Counted from the stretch's first letter, positions 41,695 through 52,026 are shown. The stretch: 64,000 bases of DNA from Prochlorococcus sp. AG-436-C14 (GCA_003209755.1 QCPD01000009.1:5623-69622); one strand, 5' to 3'. Program-made: numbers and translations. Notes: generated by a model not told the origin, from the letters alone.

Positions 41695-41960
41695 AGATCT
41701 AATTAATCAGCTTTCACTCTAGAAGATCTAGTGTTTTTTGTGTCTTCAGATTGAAACTAGATATATGCAGATTTGCTCTTAATCAATTAAATCTATTTAG
41801 AAGATTGTTGTTATCGCTCATCCTAGAATATTTTCATTAGAGTTGAAGAATACAAATATTTGATTTGATTTGGGGTAAAAGTCTAATCTATTAACTCAAA
41901 TGATTTCAAAACATTCTTTTCTCTTCTTGAGAGAGCAAAACCTAACTAAGAGATTTTCCA

Positions 41961-42917
41961 TTGGAAACCATTGAAACTGATGTTGTCATAGTTGGTGGTG
42001 GGCCTGCTGGTTGCAGTTGTGCCCTTTACACTTCCCGAGCAGACTTAAGAACAGTAATTCTCGATAAGAATCCTGATGTAGGTGCCCTAGCAATAACACA
42101 TCAAATTGCCAATTATCCAGGAGTTTCTAGTGAAATGAGTGGAGAGGCCTTGTTGAAATTGATGAGAGATCAAGCTACCCAGTATGGGGCTGATTATCGC
42201 AGAGCTCAAGTTTTTGGAATCGATGCTAGTGGAGATTGGAAAACTATTTACACCCCAGAGGGAACTTTTAAAGCCAAGGCACTTGTCGTTGCGAGTGGTG
42301 CTATGGGAAGGCCCGCATCATTTAAAGGTGAGGCTGAATTTCTGGGAAGAGGAGTAAGTTATTGCGCAACTTGTGATGGAGCTTTTTATAGAGATCGTGA
42401 GGTGGCGGTTGTTGGTATTAATAAAGAGGCAATCGAAGAAGCAAATGTTCTTACAAAATTTGCTTCCAAAGTCCATTGGATAACATCCAATGATCCAAAA
42501 TCAGATGATCATCAGGCGCAAGATCTCTTATCAAAACCAAATTTGAACCATTGGAGTAAGACTAGGTTAATGCAGATTGAAGGTAATGATTCAGGAGTAA
42601 CAGGTATTAAGGTTAAGAACCGTTCAATTGATACTTATCAAGATCTAGCTCTTGAAGGTGTTTTTGTTTATATGAGCGGTTCAAAGCCTATTACTGATTT
42701 TCTTGGTGATCAGGTTGCTTTTAAGGAGGATGGTGGAGTTTTGGTGGATGATTTTATGTCGACAACAGTTGAAGGGGTTTGGGCGATTGGTGATATCAGA
42801 AATACTCCTTTTAAACAGGCTGTTGTTGCAGCATCTGATGGATGTATAGCTGCTATGGCAATAGATAGATATTTAAATAGTCGGAAATCAATTCGTGTAG
42901 ATTGGGTTCATGCTTAA
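41961..42917 (+). CDS. Thioredoxin-reductase-like flavoprotein lacking NADPH-binding motifs (DTR/FFTR-like)
   Basis: 318 aa, TTG start. FAD motif VGGGPAG, redox CATC, GD motif (AIGDI). The GGGNxA motif is replaced by GINKEA and HRRxxxR by TSNDPKS. Confidence 0.85.
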   Translation: METIETDVVIVGGGPAGCSCALYTSRADLRTVILDKNPDVGALAITHQIANYPGVSSEMSGEALLKLMRDQATQYGADYRRAQVFGIDASGDWKTIYTPEGTFKAKALVVASGAMGRPASFKGEAEFLGRGVSYCATCDGAFYRDREVAVVGINKEAIEEANVLTKFASKVHWITSNDPKSDDHQAQDLLSKPNLNHWSKTRLMQIEGNDSGVTGIKVKNRSIDTYQDLALEGVFVYMSGSKPITDFLGDQVAFKEDGGVLVDDFMSTTVEGVWAIGDIRNTPFKQAVVAASDGCIAAMAIDRYLNSRKSIRVDWVHA

Positions 42918-42940
42918 TTAAAATTATTAAGAATTAATTT

Positions 42941-43222
42941 CTAAAGAGGAGTTGCTTCTGAAACATATGCGACACCACCGTAGTAACTAAGAACATTTTT
43001 TATATTATCTCTTATCTTTTCGATTATCTCTTGCTCACAAAAAATAATTACGTGTGCATTTGATCCAAATCCAGTGAATTCCATATCTTCTGTGACAATT
43101 CTTTCTGGACCTCTTCCCGTGGCATGTTTCATAACTGTGTAGCCAGGAACTTCAGCTTTTTCTAATGCTGTTAGAACATCATTTAGTTCTCTTTCACTAA
43201 AAATTAAGTCAAGTCTTTTCAT
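42941..43222 (-). CDS. P-II-family signalling protein, SbtB-like
   Basis: 93 aa with beta-alpha-beta P-II-like pattern (MKRLDLIF..., PGYTV, T-loop-like GRGPERIVTEDMEFTGF). Lies 9 nt downstream of the SbtA-like gene. Confidence 0.7.
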   Translation of the reverse strand: MKRLDLIFSERELNDVLTALEKAEVPGYTVMKHATGRGPERIVTEDMEFTGFGSNAHVIIFCEQEIIEKIRDNIKNVLSYYGGVAYVSEATPL

Positions 43223-43231
43223 GAAATTGAG

Positions 43232-44227
43232 TTACCCAATTGATGGAATCATTGTGTTGACTAAGCCCATATATACTGGGATTCCTATAATTATATTAAA
43301 AGGAAAAGTTAATCCAAGAGTAGTCGAAATGTAATAACTAGGTCGTGCTTCAGGAACTGTCATCCTCATTGCGGTTGGTACAGCTAGGTATGAAGCACTA
43401 GCGCATAAAACTACAAATAAAAGAGCATTACCTGGATCTAAATTTAGAAATCTGGCTACTACTGATCCAAGTACTGCATTAACTATTGGCATGAATATTG
43501 AAAACATAATGAGAAAGGCACCAGTCTTATTGAGACGAGCAAGGCGTTGAGCAGCCACAATCCCCATGTCAAGAAGGAAAAAACATTCTGCACCATAGAA
43601 CAATTCAGAGGTAAATGGTTCCATCTTTTTGATGTCAGAAGGATCAATCGCGGATGTTAGAAAACCTATTAGAAGGCTTCCGAGTAACAAATAGACAGAA
43701 CCATTTAACATTGACTCATGAAGAATTGATCCCCATTTCATTTTCCTTTTGATGGGCCTATCTTTGGACGTTCCAAATTTGACTAAAAGAAGACCAATTA
43801 TTATTGCTGGAGATTCCATTAGTGCTAAAGCTGCAACCATAAAACCATCAAAGGGTATATTTTGACTTTCGAGAAAGCTTTCAGCAGTTATAAATGTCAC
43901 TGCACTTATTGATCCATATGCCGCTGATATGGCTGCTGCATTGAAAACATCAAATTTAAATCTCAGGACTAAAAAGCAAATAAGTGGTATTAATAAGGAC
44001 ATTAATATTGCAGCTATCACAGTTGGAAGAACTGGATAACCAAAACCACTTTTTTGCAGCTCAATACCGCCTCTGAAGCCTATTGCAAGTAAAAGATATA
44101 AAGAAAATAATTTTGGTAGCGGAGCTGGAATTTCAAAATCAGATTTTAATGCGTATGCAATTGCACCCAAAAAGAAAAAAAGTATTGGAGGACTTAAAGC
44201 ATTTTGGATTAAAAGGTTTTGTCCCAT
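43232..44227 (-). CDS. SbtA-like sodium-dependent bicarbonate transporter family permease
   Basis: 331 aa polytopic membrane protein. N-terminus PPILFFFLGAIAYALKSDFEIP...AIGFRGG is typical of the Sbt_1/DUF897 family. Confidence 0.8.
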   Translation of the reverse strand: MGQNLLIQNALSPPILFFFLGAIAYALKSDFEIPAPLPKLFSLYLLLAIGFRGGIELQKSGFGYPVLPTVIAAILMSLLIPLICFLVLRFKFDVFNAAAISAAYGSISAVTFITAESFLESQNIPFDGFMVAALALMESPAIIIGLLLVKFGTSKDRPIKRKMKWGSILHESMLNGSVYLLLGSLLIGFLTSAIDPSDIKKMEPFTSELFYGAECFFLLDMGIVAAQRLARLNKTGAFLIMFSIFMPIVNAVLGSVVARFLNLDPGNALLFVVLCASASYLAVPTAMRMTVPEARPSYYISTTLGLTFPFNIIIGIPVYMGLVNTMIPSIG

Positions 44228-44269
44228 TTCTTATTAGTTATTAAAGAAGAAATCTAGTAAAAATATTTA

Positions 44270-45938
44270 TTAACTATTGATACTGTCAATTGCTGCTGTG
44301 AGGGCTTCTTTTCTTGAACCAATTACATCAACTCCAAATTTAGCAAGTCTGTCTTTCACTCTTCCTGTCGCACCAGCAACATATGCTTTTCTTGAGTTGT
44401 TCAGCGCTTCTTGAACCATATCTTCAATTGCGAGAGTTGCAGTAACCCCAAGCCTGGGAACATCAGTGATGTCAAGAATTAGAACTTTATAATTTCTTAC
44501 AAGCATCATTCTTTCCGTAATCCCTTTTGCTGCTCCAAAACTAAGTGGTCCTTTTAATCTGAATAGCATTACTTCTCCCGCACAACGATCTAAAAGCGCT
44601 TTTTCGTCAGAGGGGAGTTGTGCATTTGCAGCATTATTGTTTGATGCTGAATCAAATGGGTTGTCAGCTTCCATTCCCTCTAATTGCGTCTCTGTAATTG
44701 AATCGATAGTGAGCATATTTGCTATGAATACACCAACTAGTACAGCCCATATCAAGTCCCAGAACACTGTCATCAAGAGGACTCCATACATCACACTTGC
44801 GGTTTTCAGCGAAAGTCTATGAGCTCTTAACAAAAATCCCCAATCAATGATGTCTAAGCCAACTTTTATTAAAATACCCGCAAGAAGAGCTGTAGGAATC
44901 TGAGAGGCTAAAGGACCAGCACCAACTAGAACTAATAGCAATACAACTGAATGTACCATCCCTGAGATTGGGGTGGAGCCTCCAGATTTCACATTTATTA
45001 CTGTTCTCATGGTTGCACCAGCTCCAGGCAAACCTGTAAAAATCCCAGCCACTGCATTTCCAATACCTTGTCCAATTAGTTCTCTATCAGAATTGTGCCT
45101 TGTTTGAGAAATATTATCTGCTACCAGAGATGTAAGAAGTGAGTCAATAGCTCCAAGAACAGCAAGCACTAGTCCAGCTTTAAGAATTATTGGGAAGTAA
45201 TTATCAAAGCTTGGATCTGGGAGACTTAAAGAAAGACCACCTTCTGGTATTGAGCCTATTCGGTCTATGGAACTATCGCCAAAAAGAAGTATTGATAAAG
45301 GAGTAACTATTAATAATGCTAAAAGAGGAGAGGGGACCCATTGACTTATGTTCCGAGGGGTCAGAAACACTATCGCAAGTGTCATTATTGCCACCGTTAT
45401 TGCAGCACCATTTGGTTCGAAATTTTTAACTAAAGTTGAAAGAGACTCTAATACTCCTCCTCTAGTCGATATCCCAAGTAAAGGACCTATTTGAAGAGTA
45501 ATTATGATTACTCCAATTCCAGACATAAAGCCAGAAACTACTGAGTATGGAACAAGTGTGATGTATTTACCAAGTCTTAGTAGGCCAAATAAAATCTGAA
45601 ATAATCCTCCAATAACCACCGCAGCCATTACTAAAGGAAGTATTTCGCCAGCTGATAAATCTCTGGGTACTCCTACAGCGGCCAAGCTCGCCACTACTCC
45701 AGCTACCGTTACGCTCATCGGCCCAGTCGGACCACTTACTTGAGCAGGAGTTCCTCCAAACAGTGCTGCGAGAAATCCAACTACGACTGCCCCGTAAAGG
45801 CCATAAATCGCCCCCCCCAGGGCCAAGTGCAGCATTACCAAATGCTAAAGCCAGAGGTAAGGCTACAACCGCAGCAGTTAAGCCGCCTAATACATCACCT
45901 CTAATATTTTTTAGGTGAAAGCCATTAATTAACTCCAA
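44270..45938 (-). pseudogene. SulP-family anion/bicarbonate transporter (BicA-like, C-terminal STAS), reading frame broken by one extra G in a G8 tract
   Basis: ORF 45567..45938 encodes the SulP N-terminus (GDVLGGLTAAVVALPLALAFGNAALGP). ORF 44270..45841 carries the rest (GAIYGLYGAVVVGFLAALFGGTPAQVSGPTGPM ... STAS). The two are offset by 1 nt across the C8 run (plus strand) at 45811-45818. Removing one G gives a continuous 555-aa protein. Confidence 0.85.
45811..45818 (-). repeat. G8 homopolymer (C8 on plus strand) at the bicA-like frameshift
   Basis: Read directly: ...aaatcg cccccccc agggcc... I did not notice another G/C run of similar length in this AT-rich window. Confidence 0.95.
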
Positions 45939-46081
45939 TCGACTCTCCTTACTTGATTTGACTAGAATAAGCCTATATCTTCAAGGTTCCATTAAGTTCT
46001 GGAATCTCTACTTTTAAATACTTATTTTGAAGAAAAATCATTGAAAAGATTGATTTTTACTAAGAAGGCAGCGTGATTTCG

Positions 46082-47017
46082 ATGGCATTAGATGGTTTTA
46101 AGGATTATTTCAAAATCCTTGGAGTTAGTAGAAAAGCTACCGATAAAGAAATTAAAAGTGCATTCAGGGAACTTGCTAAAAAATTTCATCCTGATTTAAA
46201 TCGGCATGATGAGAAGGCTGAGTCGGAGTTCAAAGTAATAAATGAGGCTTATGAGATTCTTTCAGATAAGGATAAAAAAAAGTCTTATGAACAATTTCTA
46301 AATTATTTGTTCAAAAATAGACAAGGAAAGTCGACAGATTTTTATGGGGCTAATAGTGACCATCGCTTTGATAAATATCTCAACTTTGACGATTTTTTGA
46401 TTGATTTAATTGAAAGATTTAGTGAAGTTGGTAAAGAAATTTACTCAAAAATATCTTCAGATAATAATGCTCAATCATTAAATCTTGATGCTGAATTTAA
46501 TTTGCAGATTAGTTTTTTAGAGGCTTTGAATGGAACAAAAAAGAATCTTTTAGTGAATGATGAACACATTGAGGTGAAAATCCCAAAAGGAATTGAAACA
46601 GGATCTAAAATACGGATTAAAAACAAGGGTAATTTATTGTCAGGGAAAGGTAAAAGAGGAGATTTATTGATTGAAGTCATTATTAAATCTCATCCGATTT
46701 GGAAAATAAAAGGTTTAGATATTTATGCAGATTTACCTATTTCTTTAGATGAATTAGCTTTGGGAGCAAATATTTTAGTTACCTCTCCCCAAGGAGATAC
46801 ATATTTATCAATACCTCCTGGAAGTTTACCTGAGCAAAAATTGAGATTAAAAGCTCAAGGATTACACAACTTAGATAACCAGGGAGATTTATTTTTTACT
46901 CTTAAATTAAAATTCCCTGAAAATTGGTCAGATGAGGAATTGAGACTTCTTGAAAAACTTAGATCTGTTCGAATAGATGAACCTCGTTCAAGTTGGTTCG
47001 ATCAGGCTAGGACTTAA
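46082..47017 (+). CDS. DnaJ-family co-chaperone (J domain plus C-terminal substrate-binding domains, no zinc finger)
   Basis: J domain DYFKILGV...KFHPDLN...INEAYEILSD, and DnaJ C-terminal beta domains. The ORF-track GTG is at 46073; ATG at 46082. Confidence 0.85.
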   Translation: MALDGFKDYFKILGVSRKATDKEIKSAFRELAKKFHPDLNRHDEKAESEFKVINEAYEILSDKDKKKSYEQFLNYLFKNRQGKSTDFYGANSDHRFDKYLNFDDFLIDLIERFSEVGKEIYSKISSDNNAQSLNLDAEFNLQISFLEALNGTKKNLLVNDEHIEVKIPKGIETGSKIRIKNKGNLLSGKGKRGDLLIEVIIKSHPIWKIKGLDIYADLPISLDELALGANILVTSPQGDTYLSIPPGSLPEQKLRLKAQGLHNLDNQGDLFFTLKLKFPENWSDEELRLLEKLRSVRIDEPRSSWFDQART

Positions 47018-47051
47018 AGGAAGTAAAATGTAGTTATCTCTATTGGTCAAT

Positions 47052-48053
47052 ATGGATCTTACTTATCGGCCCCGTCGTCTTCGTAGAACAAACTCTTTAA
47101 GAGATATAGTTAGAGAGCATAGTGTCTCAGCATCTGACTTTATTTATCCTCTTTTTGTTCATGAAGGTTCAGATATTCAAGAAATATCAGCGATGCCAGG
47201 TTCATTTCGCTGGTCAATGGATGGATTAGTTGATGAAGTTAAGCGTGCTTGGAATCTAGGTATTAGATGTGTCGTTCTTTTCCCAAAAGTTCCAGACGAC
47301 CAAAAAACAGAAGATGGCGCTGAGTGTTTTAATGAAAAAGGTTTGATACCGCGTGCTATTGAAAGATTGAAAATAGAGATACCCGATATGTGTGTTATGA
47401 CTGATGTCGCTTTAGATCCTTATTCTTGTGATGGTCATGATGGAATAGTTAGTAATCAAGGAATAATTTTGAATGATGAAACCGTTGATTATTTGTGCAA
47501 ACAAGCAGTTGTTCAAGCACAATCTGGAGCAGATTTAATTGGTCCTAGTGACATGATGGATGGAAGAGTAGGAGCAATAAGAGAAGCCTTAGATGATGAA
47601 GGTTTCGAACATGTAGGAATAATTAGTTACACAGCAAAATATTCATCTGCATATTACGGCCCTTTTAGAGAAGCTTTAGATTCTGCTCCAAGATCATTAT
47701 CAGATAAGCCTATCCCGAAAAATAAAAACACTTATCAGATGGATCCAGCGAATGCTAGAGAAGCTATAACAGAAGCTCAACTTGACGAACAAGAGGGATC
47801 GGACATTCTAATGGTTAAACCTGGCTTGGCTTACTTAGATATTATTTATCGTTTAAGGGAAGAATCAGAATTGCCAATTGCTGCGTATAACGTTAGCGGA
47901 GAGTATTCAATGGTCAAAGCTGCTGCTCAAAGAGGTTGGATAGATGAAAAGGTAATTGTTTTGGAAACTTTATTGAGTTTTAAAAGAGCTGGAGCAAATC
48001 TGATCCTTACATATCATGCGTGTGATGCCGCAGGATGGTTAAAAGAACAATAG
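47052..48053 (+). CDS. hemB: Porphobilinogen synthase (delta-aminolevulinate dehydratase)
   Basis: RPRRLRR N-terminus, Asp-rich metal site DVALDPYSCDGHDG, and active-site lysines (MVKPG). ATG at 47052 (ORF-track TTG 47043). Confidence 0.95.
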   Translation: MDLTYRPRRLRRTNSLRDIVREHSVSASDFIYPLFVHEGSDIQEISAMPGSFRWSMDGLVDEVKRAWNLGIRCVVLFPKVPDDQKTEDGAECFNEKGLIPRAIERLKIEIPDMCVMTDVALDPYSCDGHDGIVSNQGIILNDETVDYLCKQAVVQAQSGADLIGPSDMMDGRVGAIREALDDEGFEHVGIISYTAKYSSAYYGPFREALDSAPRSLSDKPIPKNKNTYQMDPANAREAITEAQLDEQEGSDILMVKPGLAYLDIIYRLREESELPIAAYNVSGEYSMVKAAAQRGWIDEKVIVLETLLSFKRAGANLILTYHACDAAGWLKEQ

Positions 48054-48100
48054 AGTTAATTCAGCAAATTATTAAAAATTTTAATTTTCAATCAAAAGTA

Positions 48101-48505
48101 ATGCTAGAAAAACAGTCTGACTTAAATATTGAAAGTGTTCGTCGCCTAGGCCATGTAGCTATAAGAGTGGATGATGTTGATAGGGCAAAAAGTTTTTACT
48201 TAAGCTTGGGCATGAAGCTTGTTTGGGATGATCCTGATTGGTGTTATTTAGAGACAGCAGAGAATAAAGATGGCCTTGCTTTGCTTGGCCCGAGCTATAA
48301 AGCTGCTGGCCCACACTTTGCATTTCATTTCACTAACAAGGATGAAATAGAGAGGATTTATGATTCTCTAAAAAATCAAGGTGTAAAGGTTGGCGCTTTG
48401 CATGATCATAGAGATGGAACTTCTTCTTTTTACTTGAAAGATACAGAAGGCAATTGGTTGGAAATGCTTTATCACCCTATAAAAGGAATTCCAACAAATC
48501 AATAG
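48101..48505 (+). CDS. Glyoxalase/bleomycin-resistance/dioxygenase (VOC) family protein
   Basis: VOC fold signature (LGHVAIRVDDVDRAKSFY, HFAF, FYLKDTEGNWLE). The ORF-track start 48035 would overlap hemB; the ATG at 48101 is more plausible but unproven. Confidence 0.75.
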   Translation: MLEKQSDLNIESVRRLGHVAIRVDDVDRAKSFYLSLGMKLVWDDPDWCYLETAENKDGLALLGPSYKAAGPHFAFHFTNKDEIERIYDSLKNQGVKVGALHDHRDGTSSFYLKDTEGNWLEMLYHPIKGIPTNQ

Positions 48506-48520
48506 ACTTTAGGTAGACGA

Positions 48521-50935
48521 ATGGGATTTACAATAAATCATGATGATTCTGAACAAACAAAAATAATTTTAGAGTCGTTGGAATTACTTGAATGGCCAAC
48601 TGTTTGTAGCCATTTGTCTACATTCGCGGTTACCCAACAAGGTCGTAATAAATGTGAAGGATTTGATTTGCCATTAGATATATCTCATAGTCAGGAGCTG
48701 TTATGTCAAACATTAGAAATTGGATCATTAGATATTTCTCTTGATGGAGGAATATCTTTTGAAGGTGTTCATGACTTAGAAAATATTCTTTTGATATGCT
48801 CCAAAGGTGGTATCGCTATAGGTGAGGATTTATTAAAAGTCGCTGATACTTTAAGAGCTGCTAGAAAATTACGAAAACTAATATTTGATCAATTAATACG
48901 TCCACGACTCTCTGAATTACTCAAAGACATTGCAACTTTGCCTGATTTGCAAAAACTCCTCGAATTTGGGTTAGATGAAGGTGGCCGAATTGCAGATCGT
49001 GCTAGTTCAAAACTTTCTGAATTACGACGCCATAGGAATTCGGTTCGTTTTCAAAGAAAAGATATTCTTCAAGATATTATTCGAAAATATGGTGGTTTAC
49101 TTCAAGATAATATTATCTCAGAGAGGTATGGAAGACCTGTTTTAGCATTTAAAGCTGGGACTTCTGATCAGATTAAAGGAATGGTTCATGATAGTTCAGC
49201 TTCAGGAAATACGATCTATGTCGAGCCACAAGTTGTCATATCAATAGGGAATCGTTTAGCTAAAATAGATTCTGAAATCTTAGATGAAGAGAGGAGACTT
49301 TTAGCTGATTGGAGTAAAGAGGTTGGTTTTAATGCTGATGTAATAGCTCATTTAGGCGAGATCCTTTTACAGATTGAGTTTGCATTGTCACGAGCACGTT
49401 ACTCTAAATGGCTTAACGGGGTACCCGCAATTCTTGATGAACAAGAAAATACATTGTTTGAGATTAAAGATTTTCGTCATCCTTTACTAGTATGGAATGA
49501 TTTCCATGAGAAAAATAATACAGTAGTTCCAACTAGTTTTGATGTTCCATCTGATTTAAAAGTTGTTGCAATTACAGGTCCTAATACAGGAGGCAAAACA
49601 GTTGCGTTGAAAAGTTTTGGTCTAGCAGTTTTAATGGCAAAAGCAGGGTTACTTCTACCATGCACAGGCTCACCAAGATTACCCTGGTGTAAAAATGTTT
49701 TAGCTGATATTGGTGATGAGCAGTCATTACAGCAAAGTTTATCTACATTTAGTGGACATATTCTTCGTATAAGTCGAATACTCGATGCCATAGCTTTTTC
49801 CCCTGGTACGACTCTCGTTCTTTTAGATGAAGTGGGAGCAGGAACCGATCCCTCTGAAGGTACAGCTTTAGCTATGGCTCTGTTAAAGATAATGGCGGAT
49901 AGAGCACGATTAACTATTGCGACGACTCATTTTGGAGAATTAAAAGCACTAAAATATAGTGATTCAAGATTTGAAAATGCTTCAGTTTCTTTTGATAGTG
50001 AAACAATAAAACCAACCTTTCATTTGCAATGGGGAATTCCTGGTCGGAGTAATGCAATTGAGATTTCAAAAAGACTTGGTCTTGATTCGGAAGTGATAAA
50101 ACGCGCTCAAGAGTTTATCAATCCTGCAAGCGTTGATAATGTTAATCAAGTTATTAAAGGCCTAGAACAACAACGAAAGCGGCAACAATCAGCAGCTGAA
50201 GATGCTGCTGCTTTGTTGGCAAAAACTGAATTATTACATGAAGAATTACTTGATAGATGGCAGAAACAACGTCAACAAACGGAGAAGTTTAATGAACAAG
50301 GAAGGTTCAAACTCGAGTCATCAATTCGTGAAGGTCAAAAAGAAGTTAGACATTTGATTAAACGCTTACGTGATCAAAATGCTAGCGGTGAAACAGCAAG
50401 AAGTGCTGGTAAACGATTACGGCAAATGGAGAAGGGATATCAAAGCGATAGGAGGATTCCTCATATGCCAGGCTGGGTTCCCAAGATTGGGGACAAAGTT
50501 AGATTGTCTTCTATAGGTAAAGCAGGTGAAATAATTTCTTTTTCAGATAATGGAATGCAATTAACAGTATTATGCGGAGTATTTCGCAGCACAGTTAGCT
50601 TATCTGCAGTAGAAAGTCTCGATGGTCAAAAAGCGGAAATAAATACAACTGTGAAAGTAAAAACTTCGCAAGTAAGCAAGAATTTTTCTTTGGTTCGCAC
50701 TAAGAAAAACACTCTAGATGTAAGAGGTTTACGAGTGCATGAAGCCGAGGGGGTAATTGAAGAAAAGCTGAGGAATTGTTCTGGAGCTTTGTGGGTTATT
50801 CATGGAATTGGTTCTGGGAAACTTAAAAAAGGTTTGAGGAAATGGTTAGATTCACTTTCTTATGTGGATAAAGTAGCCGATGCAGAACCACATGACGGCG
50901 GTTCAGGATGTAGTGTTATATGGATGATTGAATGA
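48521..50935 (+). CDS. mutS2: Endonuclease MutS2 (MutS domain V ATPase plus C-terminal Smr)
   Basis: 804 aa. Walker A GPNTGGKT, DEVGAGTDP, and C-terminal Smr domain (LDVRGLRVHEA...VIHGIGSGKL). Confidence 0.93.
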   Translation: MGFTINHDDSEQTKIILESLELLEWPTVCSHLSTFAVTQQGRNKCEGFDLPLDISHSQELLCQTLEIGSLDISLDGGISFEGVHDLENILLICSKGGIAIGEDLLKVADTLRAARKLRKLIFDQLIRPRLSELLKDIATLPDLQKLLEFGLDEGGRIADRASSKLSELRRHRNSVRFQRKDILQDIIRKYGGLLQDNIISERYGRPVLAFKAGTSDQIKGMVHDSSASGNTIYVEPQVVISIGNRLAKIDSEILDEERRLLADWSKEVGFNADVIAHLGEILLQIEFALSRARYSKWLNGVPAILDEQENTLFEIKDFRHPLLVWNDFHEKNNTVVPTSFDVPSDLKVVAITGPNTGGKTVALKSFGLAVLMAKAGLLLPCTGSPRLPWCKNVLADIGDEQSLQQSLSTFSGHILRISRILDAIAFSPGTTLVLLDEVGAGTDPSEGTALAMALLKIMADRARLTIATTHFGELKALKYSDSRFENASVSFDSETIKPTFHLQWGIPGRSNAIEISKRLGLDSEVIKRAQEFINPASVDNVNQVIKGLEQQRKRQQSAAEDAAALLAKTELLHEELLDRWQKQRQQTEKFNEQGRFKLESSIREGQKEVRHLIKRLRDQNASGETARSAGKRLRQMEKGYQSDRRIPHMPGWVPKIGDKVRLSSIGKAGEIISFSDNGMQLTVLCGVFRSTVSLSAVESLDGQKAEINTTVKVKTSQVSKNFSLVRTKKNTLDVRGLRVHEAEGVIEEKLRNCSGALWVIHGIGSGKLKKGLRKWLDSLSYVDKVADAEPHDGGSGCSVIWMIE

Positions 50936-51036
50936 TTTTGGTGTGGAAAATTATAAAAAGTGACTTCAAATTCTTTAATTTAGCAAGTATGAATTTAAGA
51001 ATTATTATTTAGTTTATTGATCATATATATTTAGAA

Positions 51037-52026
51037 ATGCAATTTATTGATCAGGCCATTATTGATGTTAAGGCAGGTTCAGGTGGTGATGGCATCTCTG
51101 CTTTTAGAAGAGAAAAGTATGTTCCAGCAGGTGGTCCTGCGGGTGGAGATGGAGGACAAGGAGGAAATGTTGTTTTAGAGGCTGATGATAATTTACAAAC
51201 TCTTTTGGACTTCAAATTTCAGAAATTAATTTCTGCTGAGAATGGTCATAGAGGCGGTCCCAATAAATGCACTGGAGCATCAGGAAAAGACACCGTACTT
51301 AAAGTTCCATGTGGAACAGAAGTGAAACATCTTTCTACAAATATCATTCTTGGTGACTTAACTCACAATGGCCAGCAATTGATTGTCGCTTTTGGTGGAA
51401 AAGGAGGTTTTGGTAATGCTCGCTATCTATCAAATAGCAATAGAGCTCCAGAAAAATTTACTGAAGGGAAAGTTGGGGAAGAATGGTCATTGCAATTGGA
51501 ATTAAAACTTCTAGCAGAAGTTGGAATTATTGGTTTGCCCAATGCAGGTAAAAGTACGTTGATATCTGTACTCTCCTCTGCAAGACCAAAAATTGCTGAT
51601 TATCCTTTTACAACTTTAATTCCTAATCTTGGAGTAGTAAGAAGACCCTCAGGAGACGGAACAGTTTTTGCAGATATTCCTGGTTTGATTTCTGGAGCCT
51701 CAAAAGGTATTGGACTAGGACATGATTTTCTCCGACATATTGAAAGAACAAAGGTTTTGCTACATATAATTGACTCAGCATCAACCGATCCAATAAATGA
51801 TTTTAAAACTATTAATGAAGAATTAACGTCTTATGGTCATGGCTTAATTTCTAGGCCTAGAATTTTTGTTCTAAATAAAAAAGAACTATTAAATGAGAAT
51901 GAAATTAAAAAACTTCTAAATAAAATTGAGAAATTAACTGGGAAAAAGGTACATATAATTTCCGCAGTAACTAAATTTGGTCTGGATGATTTGTTGAGTT
52001 CTATTTGGAACGAACTTGGATATTAA
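51037..52026 (+). CDS. obg: GTPase Obg/CgtA
   Basis: 329 aa. MQFIDQA...GSGGDG glycine-rich Obg fold and G domain [19 protein letters not shown]. Confidence 0.95.
   Translation: MQFIDQAIIDVKAGSGGDGISAFRREKYVPAGGPAGGDGGQGGNVVLEADDNLQTLLDFKFQKLISAENGHRGGPNKCTGASGKDTVLKVPCGTEVKHLSTNIILGDLTHNGQQLIVAFGGKGGFGNARYLSNSNRAPEKFTEGKVGEEWSLQLELKLLAEVGIIGLPNAGKSTLISVLSSARPKIADYPFTTLIPNLGVVRRPSGDGTVFADIPGLISGASKGIGLGHDFLRHIERTKVLLHIIDSASTDPINDFKTINEELTSYGHGLISRPRIFVLNKKELLNENEIKKLLNKIEKLTGKKVHIISAVTKFGLDDLLSSIWNELGY

Noticed and set aside
41719-41739. Terminator-like hairpin CTAGA-AGA-TCTAG followed by TGTTTTTT on the plus strand
   Set aside because: The stem is only 5 bp and no plus-strand gene lies upstream. 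It sits in the promoter and 5' region of the minus-strand ORF 41383..41694, so the evidence is insufficient.
44270-45841. Treating ORF 44270..45841 and ORF 45567..45938 as two independent overlapping genes
   Set aside because: Together they reconstitute one SulP/STAS protein across a single-nucleotide frame offset. The 123-aa ORF is SulP-like for only its first 40 codons and nonsense afterwards.
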